A stretch of 64,000 nt of DNA from an uncultured archaeon (GTDB taxonomy: Archaea; Thermoproteota; Nitrososphaeria; Nitrososphaerales; Gagatemarchaeaceae). The notes below the pieces were generated by a model. The model was not told the origin of the DNA. It did no database searches and saw nothing but the letters and a program-made list of their open reading frames with translations. Position numbers and translations under genes: made by a program. This document shows, in pieces, positions 43,429-51,424 of the stretch (position 1 is the first letter of the stretch; every line of letters begins with the position of its first letter). The DNA is taken from assembly GCA_963799775.1 (NCBI GenBank), contig CAWCYD010000003.1, forward strand, positions 512,001 through 576,000, read 5' to 3'.

Positions 43429-43860
43429 TCACCTTAGGAATATCGGCTCGAACCTGAACGGGTTCCTCGACATCTCGAGGCTGAGGTCTTTTTCCCTCGC
43501 GACGAACACCGGCCTCGTGCTCGTGATTTCGGAGACGGCAAGAGTGTAGCAGTCTCCCAGAGAGATAGCGCTGTGGCACTTGATTCTCGACACAACCACA
43601 TGTAGGTCTGAGTCTTGTTCTACCGCCAACACCGATGAGGCAACTAGGTCCTTGACGGCAGACTCCGCCTTTTCATTGCCAATCTTCCTGCATAGGACAT
43701 AGCCCGCTTCCGCCAAGTTAACGTAGCTGGTATGAGCCGAAATCACGCCGCCTTCTAACCGGGTGGAGACTCCGTTTCCGGTTTCAGATCCATCCAGCAT
43801 CTCCACGAGGACGCTCGAATCGAGTGTAAGGTCTCCCTCAAGAGGGTTATCTTCGCTCAA
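43429..43860 (-). CDS. vapC: VapC PIN-domain toxin
   Basis: LDSSVLV, NLAEAGY, SLGDCYTLA; overlaps the upstream antitoxin stop. Confidence 0.85.
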   Translation of the reverse strand: MSEDNPLEGDLTLDSSVLVEMLDGSETGNGVSTRLEGGVISAHTSYVNLAEAGYVLCRKIGNEKAESAVKDLVASSVLAVEQDSDLHVVVSRIKCHSAISLGDCYTLAVSEITSTRPVFVAREKDLSLEMSRNPFRFEPIFLR

Positions 43861-44107
43861 GGAATTCCTCGTGCCTCCTGTCTTCTTTCCGTCCTTCACG
43901 TAACGTCCTCTGCAGCTCCTCAGAAGAGGCACCCTTCGGAGCGATGGCCCTCCTGAACAGCGCGTAGTCCTTTTGAGATTTTTGGACCAGATACTCGATC
44001 GCCTCCTCGTAACCGACTTTTTCCCCTCTCTTCGATTGCAGCTGGGCAGCGACCCTCAGTAAGTCCTGCCGAGTCTTCTCTGAAATCGTTATCGTTGTCA
44101 TCTTCAT
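43847..44107 (-). CDS. vapB: VapB-type antitoxin
   Basis: MTTITISEKTRQDL..GYEEAIEYL; upstream inverted repeat CATTGGAT/ATTCAATG at 44114-44135. Confidence 0.75.
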   Translation of the reverse strand: MKMTTITISEKTRQDLLRVAAQLQSKRGEKVGYEEAIEYLVQKSQKDYALFRRAIAPKGASSEELQRTLREGRKEDRRHEEFLERR

Positions 44108-44168
44108 GATTTCCATTGGATTCATATATTCAATGATATTTAAGAGTCAAGGTTCGTCGCGGCAGCGG

Positions 44169-44196
44169 ATATCGACCTCGATATCGACGTCGATGA
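44169..44196. repeat. Palindromic site, copy 2
   Basis: ATATCGACCTC GATATC GACGTCGATGA, intergenic. Confidence 0.8.
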
Positions 44197-44203
44197 GGAA
44201 GCG

Positions 44204-44617
44204 TCAGACCTTATCCAACCCGCGAGGTCTGCATGGCCTGGCGAAGGATTCCCGCGAGCACGAATCAATCGTCAAGGCAAGGCTTCGAATACCGTCCATC
44301 CCAAGCAGAATCTCCTCAGCACCTTCACAAGTCTGAACTCTCCCATCGAGTTCGACCTCGACGTCGGATATCTCAATCGTCCCATACGAAGAAAGCATCC
44401 GAATCACGGACCCGTCGGCCAAGCGGGCATAGGTCGTCTCGGTTCTCAAGTCCATGAACCCCAGGCGCTTGAAGAGCTCCTCGGGAAGCATAATGAAGCC
44501 GCCGTAGCCCGTGTCGACGACAGCCATCACGCTCGCAGTTTCCGTTTTTCCTCCGCCCGCCAGAGTGTTCTTGATGCTCAGAGGGATTGCCGGGCTTCTC
44601 TCAAGGAAGGGCCACAT
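44204..44617 (-). CDS. Clan AA (retropepsin-like) aspartyl protease
   Basis: AVVDTGYGG, LADGS, EILLGMD. Confidence 0.85.
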   Translation of the reverse strand: MWPFLERSPAIPLSIKNTLAGGGKTETASVMAVVDTGYGGFIMLPEELFKRLGFMDLRTETTYARLADGSVIRMLSSYGTIEISDVEVELDGRVQTCEGAEEILLGMDGIRSLALTIDSCSRESFARPCRPRGLDKV

Positions 44618-44635
44618 CGAGAATCTTCCGTTCCC

Positions 44636-44959
44636 TCAACGCGTGCGAAGCCCCAATCTAACGAGATCGGGCTCGGTGGGGATCGTCCGGATTTCGACGC
44701 TCCTTGGATCGATTCCGCTCTCCCTGAGGGTTCTTGCCAAGAGGCTGAGGTTGTTTGCCTCCGCTACCTTCTTTCCATCAATCATCGCAATGAACTTCCT
44801 AGACGCCAACCTTTCGGCGCGGGGAGCGGAAAGCCACAAGGTGAGGGCCTCTTCGACGCTTTTCGAGATTGCGCCTTTTGCAGCTCCGTGCGTCTCACCT
44901 GCTTTTCGACGCAACCGCTGCTCTATCTTATCATCTATCTTGAGAGTGATGACTCCCAT
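44636..44959 (-). CDS. Ribbon-helix-helix protein with DUF5678-like C-terminal domain
   Basis: ITLKIDDKIEQRLR..GAISKSVEEAL..W; KFIAMIDGKKVAEA. Confidence 0.7.
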   Translation of the reverse strand: MGVITLKIDDKIEQRLRRKAGETHGAAKGAISKSVEEALTLWLSAPRAERLASRKFIAMIDGKKVAEANNLSLLARTLRESGIDPRSVEIRTIPTEPDLVRLGLRTR

Positions 44960-45003
44960 GCGCTGTAAATATTCTTTTATATATTTAAACGCCACCTCGA
45001 ACT

Positions 45004-45031
45004 CTATCGAGCGCGATATCGACGTCGATAC
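45004..45031. repeat. Palindromic site, copy 3
   Basis: CTATCGAGCGC GATATC GACGTCGATAC, intergenic. Confidence 0.8.
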
Positions 45032-45181
45032 CGTTTGAAATGACCAGGGCCGACCGTTGCCTAGCTGACTTGCGCCAGAACCGGTCTCTAGGGCCCTTTC
45101 GCGTCCGTGAGGGTTGTTTCAGAACATTCTTCCATGCGCGCTTAAGAAAACCCTCGTCAGGCACCCTGCGTCGAGTGTAGG

Positions 45182-45403
45182 TTGGTCGAGGAGTATGTCT
45201 ACCACGTTGATGTGAGAGCGAACGAGGCGTTTGCCAACGCCGTCAGGAGGGAGGGCGTCAACTTGCCAGATGTTGCACTTGGCAGGATTGTCTTCTCTCA
45301 CGAAGGTCTTCTCGACATGAAGAGCTACAAGAGGCGCGGTTTGATCTGGTCTTACAGCATAGTGCGGATCGTTCGAAACGAAGAGGAGATAGAGCGAGGT
45401 TGA
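45182..45403 (+). CDS. Small hypothetical protein
   Basis: 73-aa ORF with plausible composition; cttaag upstream. Confidence 0.35.
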   Translation: MVEEYVYHVDVRANEAFANAVRREGVNLPDVALGRIVFSHEGLLDMKSYKRRGLIWSYSIVRIVRNEEEIERG

Positions 45404-45424
45404 CGATCGCCCCTCGCCGGGGTC

Positions 45425-45736
45425 TTACGGCGAATCGGCGACATAGACATCTCTGGGAAGGGAGGGTCGCCAGACGATGAGAAGAGCGGCCCTGCAAGCT
45501 TTGGAGATGGGTTTTCGCAGCCAGACAACGATTATCGCGTCGAAGATCGCGTAAGCAAATCCAAGGAGCAGGCTGGACTGCGTGATACCTATCGTGTAGG
45601 CTATCATCACGCTAAGGACGTCCACAACAGAAGCAACCAGGTTCTCGAAGACCTCGTGGTTCCCTATCGCGTTCGTCTTAGGTCGGTTTCTATGATTGCC
45701 TGGCGGATTAATAACGTCTCTGAATCTCAAATCCAC
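45425..45736 (-). CDS. Small membrane protein (start uncertain)
   Basis: Two hydrophobic segments; follows 45753..46280 on the same strand. Confidence 0.35.
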   Translation of the reverse strand: MDLRFRDVINPPGNHRNRPKTNAIGNHEVFENLVASVVDVLSVMIAYTIGITQSSLLLGFAYAIFDAIIVVWLRKPISKACRAALLIVWRPSLPRDVYVADSP

Positions 45737-45752
45737 GTTCTAGATAGGACTA

Positions 45753-46280
45753 CTACGGCCTGGAATCTGAGATCTTCTCAATCAGTTTCTTCAACGTCCC
45801 GTTCATCACAACGAGATTGTCGTTTATTTCTTTCATCGGCGCGAGGTTCGTCACAAGCGAATCCAACTTCGTGGAAACATTCGTGAGAGTCACCCCTATG
45901 ACTCCAAACTTGGCTTCGATATCCTCCAGCTTGGAATATGTCTTTTGCAGGTAGACCACGCCCTTGGCGGTCTGTTCGGCGCTGAACATGGAAGAATACG
46001 ACTGCCAATCAGGTTCAAGGCCCTTGTAATCTTGCGGGGATTCAATGGAAGACTTGGGTATTTTGAACTCGTCCTTGCACATGGTGAGAACGTCAGAGTG
46101 AAAACTGGCTATGGCATCTTCGTCGCCAGACACGACGATTCTCACCAGGGCCTTCGAAACGTTTACCGGGGCAACCTTGACATGATATACGTACCCGATC
46201 GAATACAATCTGGCTCTGAGTCCAACATCTATCACGCTTATCCCTTGGGTAGCCTTAATCGAGAATTCTTTGGTAGGCAA
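45753..46280 (-). CDS. Acylphosphatase-like domain plus C-terminal coiled coil
   Basis: VIDVGLR..N..VRIVVSGDEDAIASF resembles ACP VQGVGFR..N..VE..EG; heptad-rich C-terminus. Confidence 0.55.
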   Translation of the reverse strand: MPTKEFSIKATQGISVIDVGLRARLYSIGYVYHVKVAPVNVSKALVRIVVSGDEDAIASFHSDVLTMCKDEFKIPKSSIESPQDYKGLEPDWQSYSSMFSAEQTAKGVVYLQKTYSKLEDIEAKFGVIGVTLTNVSTKLDSLVTNLAPMKEINDNLVVMNGTLKKLIEKISDSRP

Positions 46281-46495
46281 CTAGCCAGCTGCTCCTCGCC
46301 TCAAAGACCTCGGCACACGGCGTCACGTCGCCTTACAGTATTAATAAGTTGTGAACGTGGTTTCCCGCACAGAGCAGCATTCTGCTCTGCCAGGGCTGGC
46401 GGATGCGAGCGTAGGACGAGGTAGAGTAGAAACCATCGAGAAGGAGCCTTGTTTGGGAGTGCGAAAAAAGGAAGAGTAGAAACCAGGCGCGTGGC

Positions 46496-47551
46496 CTAGT
46501 TTCTTGAGCCTACTCTGATGGGCCCCATCTGGAAGCGCGACTGCGCCTGCTGGGACAAGAACGTGCTCTCGACGCCTGTGAGGACCACCATGACCCTCGC
46601 GGCACCGCGCATGTTCGGCTCGACGCGTGCTCCCCAGACGATCCTTGTGCTGGGGGGAAGTGACTTTGTCACAAGCTCTCCAGCCTTCGTGACCTCCTCG
46701 AGGCTTACGTCGTCTCCGCCGGAAACGTGTACAAGTACGCCCTTCGACCTTGTTACGTCCTTGATGTCGAGGAGCTGCCCGTCGATGGCCTGCCTGACAG
46801 CGACTTCAACCCTATCGGGTCCGGTCGCCTGGCCTACGCCTATCGCCGCTAGCCCTCTCCTTTCCATGATCGCCCTCAGGTCCGCGTAGTCGATGTTGAT
46901 GAGACTCGCTGTTGTGATTGTCTCGGTGATCCCCTTGATGAACTGGCCGACCAGCTCATTCGCGACGCCAAGCGCCTGCTGCAACGGGAGGTCTCCCGCT
47001 ACTTTCGAAAGCTTGGTGTTGTCGATCGCGACAACGGTGTCGCAGTACTCCCTGAGCCTCAGCAGGGCCTTCTTCGCGTTCTCGTATCGATAGCTCTCGA
47101 TCGAGAACGGGAGCGTTACCACTCCGATGGTCAAGCCGCCGTTGCCCCTCAGCTCTCTTGAAAGAGCCATGATGGCGCCGGTGCCCGTCCCTCCGCCAAG
47201 ACCTGCGCAAAGGAAGGTGATGTTCGACCCGTTTACCTCCTTCTTCAGCTCGGACATGCTCTCCATGGCGGCCCTCTCGCCGCGCTCTGGGTAGCCGCCG
47301 CAGCCTGTGCCGTGGGTGAGCTTCTCACCGATTAGGAGTCGTCTGTCCGCTTTGGTGATTCCGAGGTGTGCTGCATCTGTGTTGGCAGCGATGAGCTTGC
47401 CTCCCGCGACGCCGCGTTGCTTGATCCAAGAGACGATGTTGCTTCCAGCGCCTCCGAGACCAACGACCGCTACGTTTGGACGGGCTGCACGCATCGCTGC
47501 TTCGATGCGTTCTGCTTCCAAGAAGTCTGTGCTTTCCGTGGACAGTTCCAT
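46496..47551 (-). CDS. ftsZ: Cell division protein FtsZ
   Basis: VVGLGGAGSN, AANTDAAHL, AGLGGGTGTG, VTLPF..E, IDN.KL, LINIDYADLR, VWGAR, VVLTGV. Confidence 0.96.
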   Translation of the reverse strand: MELSTESTDFLEAERIEAAMRAARPNVAVVGLGGAGSNIVSWIKQRGVAGGKLIAANTDAAHLGITKADRRLLIGEKLTHGTGCGGYPERGERAAMESMSELKKEVNGSNITFLCAGLGGGTGTGAIMALSRELRGNGGLTIGVVTLPFSIESYRYENAKKALLRLREYCDTVVAIDNTKLSKVAGDLPLQQALGVANELVGQFIKGITETITTASLINIDYADLRAIMERRGLAAIGVGQATGPDRVEVAVRQAIDGQLLDIKDVTRSKGVLVHVSGGDDVSLEEVTKAGELVTKSLPPSTRIVWGARVEPNMRGAARVMVVLTGVESTFLSQQAQSRFQMGPIRVGSRN

Positions 47552-47785
47552 GCCTCGCTAACAATGTTCTGGCACATAAAAGCCCCGTGAACATGAGGAC
47601 TGTATGGAGGATTCATACGCGCTAAATAGATGGTCCATGCGCGACACCGGTCGTAGGCACGCCTAGAAATCAGACCGAAATCGACGAAGATTTCGAAAAC
47701 GAGGCCTTTGCCTTGCGATAATTGCTTCAAGAATTCTGTCGGTTCGGTAGGTTTATGAACGAAACCCTTCCTTTCATGCGCTTGA

Positions 47786-47938
47786 ATGCCTAGGCTGGAG
47801 AGCCCGGGTCACGTCTGCGCCTTCTGCATGCTTGTGATTCAAATCGGGTACGACGAGCTGACGAAGGAAGACATGATCAAAATTGCGGCGCACTTGCGAA
47901 TCGCACATGGCCTCAGACCTTACGAGATTTCGCGATAG
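47786..47938 (+). CDS. 50-aa CxFC/HxxxH zinc-finger microprotein (not in the ORF track)
   Basis: MPRLESPGHVCAFCMLVIQIGYDELTKEDMIKIAAHLRIAHGLRPYEISR; matches the 51021 and 58870 proteins; tttatgaa about 30 nt upstream. Confidence 0.7.
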   Translation: MPRLESPGHVCAFCMLVIQIGYDELTKEDMIKIAAHLRIAHGLRPYEISR

Positions 47939-47970
47939 TTCACCCGGGCCTCTAGGGTGCAGTTTTGCCT

Positions 47971-47998
47971 ATATCAAGGACGATATCGACGTCGATAT
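47971..47998. repeat. Palindromic site, copy 4
   Basis: ATATCAAGGAC GATATC GACGTCGATAT, intergenic. Confidence 0.8.
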
Positions 47999-48028
47999 TT
48001 ATCCATTTCTCGGTGGACGCGTCCTCAT

Positions 48029-48430
48029 TCAACTTTGCCCTCCTAGCATCGACTTCGCTTTGGAGAGAATCCTCGAAGCCCTTTTCACAGCGTCGACCGC
48101 GTCTCCATCGCTCATCAGGTCCGGCTGGTACTCCGACCTGTTCTTCAGCTCGATCAGGCCGATGAACTGCTTGGATATTTCGCTGAATTCCAAAGGACTG
48201 ATCGAACCTTTTACTGAGGACAACGCGTCCTCATGCCTTCCTGCATGGCGCTTGCCACGATTAAAGACGGAAATCGCATCCAACGAATTGATGGCGCTAT
48301 GAATCGAATCTGTCACGGCGGCGTTATTCCTAGAACTGTCTCGAGCAAATTCTGCTACGGCTAACAGCTCTTCCGCCTTCTTGAGGAAGTTATGCGCAAG
48401 TTTCGCAGGGACAGGTCTACTCGTTTGCTG
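48029..48430 (-). CDS. HEPN-domain protein (start unresolved)
   Basis: Frame extends upstream as NFLKKAEEL..A..NAAV..IHSAINSLDA; RHEDA, KNRSEY, AVKRASRIL; follows the MNT gene. Confidence 0.8.
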   Translation of the reverse strand, partial: QQTSRPVPAKLAHNFLKKAEELLAVAEFARDSSRNNAAVTDSIHSAINSLDAISVFNRGKRHAGRHEDALSSVKGSISPLEFSEISKQFIGLIELKNRSEYQPDLMSDGDAVDAVKRASRILSKAKSMLGGQS

Positions 48431-49028
48431 ACAACTCTTTCAGGTCAGTTCCACATACGTGAATGTATTCCTCTAGAATCGACTTGGCAAGATCGCTCGA
48501 TGGGAACCGAAGGAATTCGGCCCTGGTCATGACAATCGGGGAAATGGCTGGTCCAAATTGGCCCTTGACTGCATCCCAGGCTCTTGAGGCGCAGCTTAAG
48601 GCGAGTTCTCTATCTGGCGTGATGATCAAGAGGTCGATATCGCTCTCGGGACGCTCGCTTCCTCTTGCGAAGCTGCCGAAGATTGCCACGGAGATTATCC
48701 TCTTGTCTTTGAAGAAGCGGGCTATGAGGGAGACGATTCTCTCAACGGTCGCTCTTTCCGCTGCGAACATCGGTTCGAGGATCGACCTGGTGACGTAGCT
48801 ATCCTTGTTTAGTGCGACTTGAAGCGCTCTGCCGACCGGTTGGATTGTCACGATGGATTTCTTCTCAAGCTTTCTTACTATCATTGAAACCTCAGGATGC
48901 GAGACGCCCGCGGTTCGCCCCAGCTCCCTGATTGTGAAGATTTTTCCCCTGTAAGTCGAGAGGGCCCTAAGTACACGCGCGTCCGCCTCGCCATTGAAGA
49001 TCTCAGGGATGTACTCGTGCAAGCTCAT
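48417..49028 (-). CDS. wHTH-fused minimal nucleotidyltransferase (MNT)
   Basis: FTIRELGRTAGVSHPEV HTH; IFGSFARG..ESDIDLLII. Confidence 0.88.
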   Translation of the reverse strand: MSLHEYIPEIFNGEADARVLRALSTYRGKIFTIRELGRTAGVSHPEVSMIVRKLEKKSIVTIQPVGRALQVALNKDSYVTRSILEPMFAAERATVERIVSLIARFFKDKRIISVAIFGSFARGSERPESDIDLLIITPDRELALSCASRAWDAVKGQFGPAISPIVMTRAEFLRFPSSDLAKSILEEYIHVCGTDLKELSANE

Positions 49029-49045
49029 GGAGTTCGTCTAGTGCC

Positions 49046-49087
49046 CATGGTAGATAAGGCTTCCATATGGTAACGTCCTCTACCATG
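49046..49087. promoter_or_regulatory. Double inverted-repeat operator upstream of MNT-HEPN
   Basis: ATGGTA-N8-TTCCAT abutting ATGGTA-N8-TACCAT; whole unit palindromic about CCATATGG. Confidence 0.65.
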
Positions 49088-49261
49088 CCCCCGCTTCGAG
49101 AGTTATTGCGCCCGTCTCTCTTTGGCGCGATGTCGTTGCGTCCCATCTCCTTCGAAGAGTTATCCCGAGGAGTGGCCTTGTGCGGGACTCCTGCCAGACC
49201 GATTTGTATTTGAGAGGGTCAATTCAGCCCTCTCGAACAACGAGCGTGTTATCGAGCAGAG

Positions 49262-50078
49262 ATGTCTAAGGCCCCTGTCAGAGGGAAGCTCCGGAATCCG
49301 CCCCGAGCGCGGCAATACGCAATGATCGCGGTCGTCATCGTGCTCCTAGTAGCAGGTGGCTCAGGGGTATACCTATACGAAAGCCATGCAGCAACTTCGA
49401 CCACGACGACCAGCCCTAGCTCATCATCAAGCGCCTCAGGATCGACCTCGTCCAACTCTTCGAGTTCCGCGTCCACCACATCGACGACGGGCTTCACGAA
49501 CCCTCCGTGTTCACCCTCCAGCACGAGCGCGACGACGAGCGGCAGCAGCACAAAATACGCCCTCATTTGCACCAACCTTGGTCTCATCGAGGTCGAGCTC
49601 TATCCTCAGTATGCGCCACAGACCGTCGCAAACTTCGTGAACCTCGCGAACCAGGGATTCTACAACGACATCGTCTGGCACAGGATCGACCCAGGGTTCG
49701 TGATCCAGGCAGGAGATCCCAACACCAGGAACGGACAGGGAGACAGGTCCACGTGGGGGACCGGGACGTCCGGGACGAACGTGCCATTCGAAGGGACCTC
49801 CATCCAACCCTCTTAGCAATGTCGTCGGGAGCGTGGCAATGGCCAGCACCGCCGCCAAATCTGGAGGAAGCTCCCAATTCTACATCAATCTGGCGGACAA
49901 CGCCCAGTCCCTCGATGGCAGCTACGCTGTCTTCGGCCAGGTCATCAGTGGGATGAACGTCGTGAACGCCTTGGCGCAAGTGCCGATAAACACAAGTCAG
50001 AGCTCTTCAGAATACGACCAGCCGCTGACGGCATCGTCCGCCTATATCGTCAGCATCACACTCCAGAGCACCCCTTAG
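49262..50078 (+). CDS. Membrane-anchored cyclophilin-type PPIase (frameshift near 49795)
   Basis: TM plus Ser/Thr linker; APQTVANFV.LA..GFY..WHRIDPGFVIQAGDP; AMA..GSSQFYIN..LDGSYAVFGQV. Confidence 0.9.
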
Positions 50079-50129
50079 CGGGGGCACAGTCAATTCTTAC
50101 TGCTCTTACCCGTAAGACCTACATCCATC

Positions 50130-50937
50130 TCATGCGATGATTCCTGCGATGACAAGGAAGAGAAGCGCTAGCGGCGCGAACACACCCGCCCAGTAAAGCT
50201 TGTTCCATCTCCATACCTTGGCGCCGTCCAGAGGCATAATCGGAAGCAAGTTGAAGAGCGCCAAGAAGATGTTGACGGGGAACCCGATGGCCCCAATATC
50301 ATAGACGATGCCGGTCCCCACGGATGCCACAACAAGGAAGAGGGCGGCGATCACTATGTTCGTCGCCGGTCCTGCCAGAGAGATAATCCCGTTCTGCCTC
50401 GGCGTGACGTTGTTGCCTTGGATGTAGGTCGCTCCCGGCGCTGCAAAGATGAAGCCCAAGGTAGAGGTGACCAGAGCCAACACTATGCCCATCACCCACA
50501 TCCGAAACTCCGCCCAGTACCCGTAGCGCTCCGCGGTGAACTTGTGCATGAGCTCGTGGAGGACAAAGCCGCTCCCCACCGCCACGAACGAGATCACGAA
50601 GAGGGTCGGAAGGTTATGGCCAATCACCGAGCTTCCCGCAAGTACGCCGCCGCTGTAGGCGATCGTGAATGCTAGAGCCAGGGCGGCCCAGGCGATCAAT
50701 ATGTCCCTGACTTCCTTCTGGGAGAATAAGTACGGATTGGCCCTCTGGGTAGAGTGCCCTGAGAACACGGACCCATCCCACGAACCGGTCATTCCTGGGC
50801 TCATCGCCCTCCTTCTAGTGAGGGTCACCTGTGCACGCGTGCGACTCGGGCAGCCTGTGCTCGGCGCAGAACGTCCCGCCGCAGTAGCTGCATGTGAAGG
50901 GAAGGTCATCTTCCTTCCCACAGTAGTCGCACTTCAA
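50130..50937 (-). CDS. AN1 zinc finger fused to an M50 site-2 protease (indel near 50822)
   Basis: KCDYCG..LPFTCSYCGGTFCAEHRLPESHAC, then HELMH, LAGPATN, FNLLPIMPLDG. Confidence 0.85.
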
Positions 50938-51020
50938 GAAGGAAGTTCTCGCGCCAGCCGGGTCTTATTTAACGATGACAACGAACTAGGTTACCAGGAC
51001 CAAGGGTTCGCGCCACTGAT

Positions 51021-51230
51021 CTACTGCGGGATCTCGCTGACGAGGCCGTGGCTCTTCTCGAGGTGCGTCTTGAACGTCACGTGGTCCCTGTCAGGCATCC
51101 CTTTTAGAGCAGGGTAGAGGGTCACCACGAACCAGCAGAACGAGCAGCTCGTGCTCGACTGGGCCTTTGCGTGGATGTTCACCGCGTACGTCTTAGCGCC
51201 GTTGTCAGCCGCGTTTTGTCCGTGTGTCAT
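51021..51230 (-). CDS. Small CxFC/HxxxH zinc-finger protein
   Basis: SSTSCSFCWF..HLEKSHGLVSEI; close paralogue at 58870..59076. Confidence 0.75.
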   Translation of the reverse strand: MTHGQNAADNGAKTYAVNIHAKAQSSTSCSFCWFVVTLYPALKGMPDRDHVTFKTHLEKSHGLVSEIPQ

Positions 51231-51424
51231 GTTTCGACATCCTGCATGAAGGGAGCTGCTCTACTTTTCGATTCTAGGCGAAGGAGGAGCGGCTGTAAGC
51301 CGAAGTTCTGGATTCCCTGAGGAGACTGAATATGGATTCGGAGTTCATGTTTCTGGCCTTGCGAGCGACCTTTGCCGAAGCGGCAGCGTCCCAGGAACGG
51401 GCCATGAGCGATGGAAGGCATGGC

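Noticed and set aside
44345-44372. TCGA-periodic sequences inside genes (also about 48630) resembling the palindromic site
   Set aside because: Explained by codons for I/V/L-D/E runs (e.g. SDIDL); they lack the full core.
46369-46485. Hairpin CAGAGCAG/CTGCTCTG and a twice-repeated AGAGTAGAAACCA downstream of ftsZ
   Set aside because: Consistent with ordinary terminator-region sequence; only two short copies, not a CRISPR array.
47919-47933. Partial matches of the orphan guide (CTTACGAGA here; GAGAACTC.CA.TGA near 40157)
   Set aside because: Only 8-9 contiguous nt, which is expected by chance in 64 kb on two strands; no TAM evidence.
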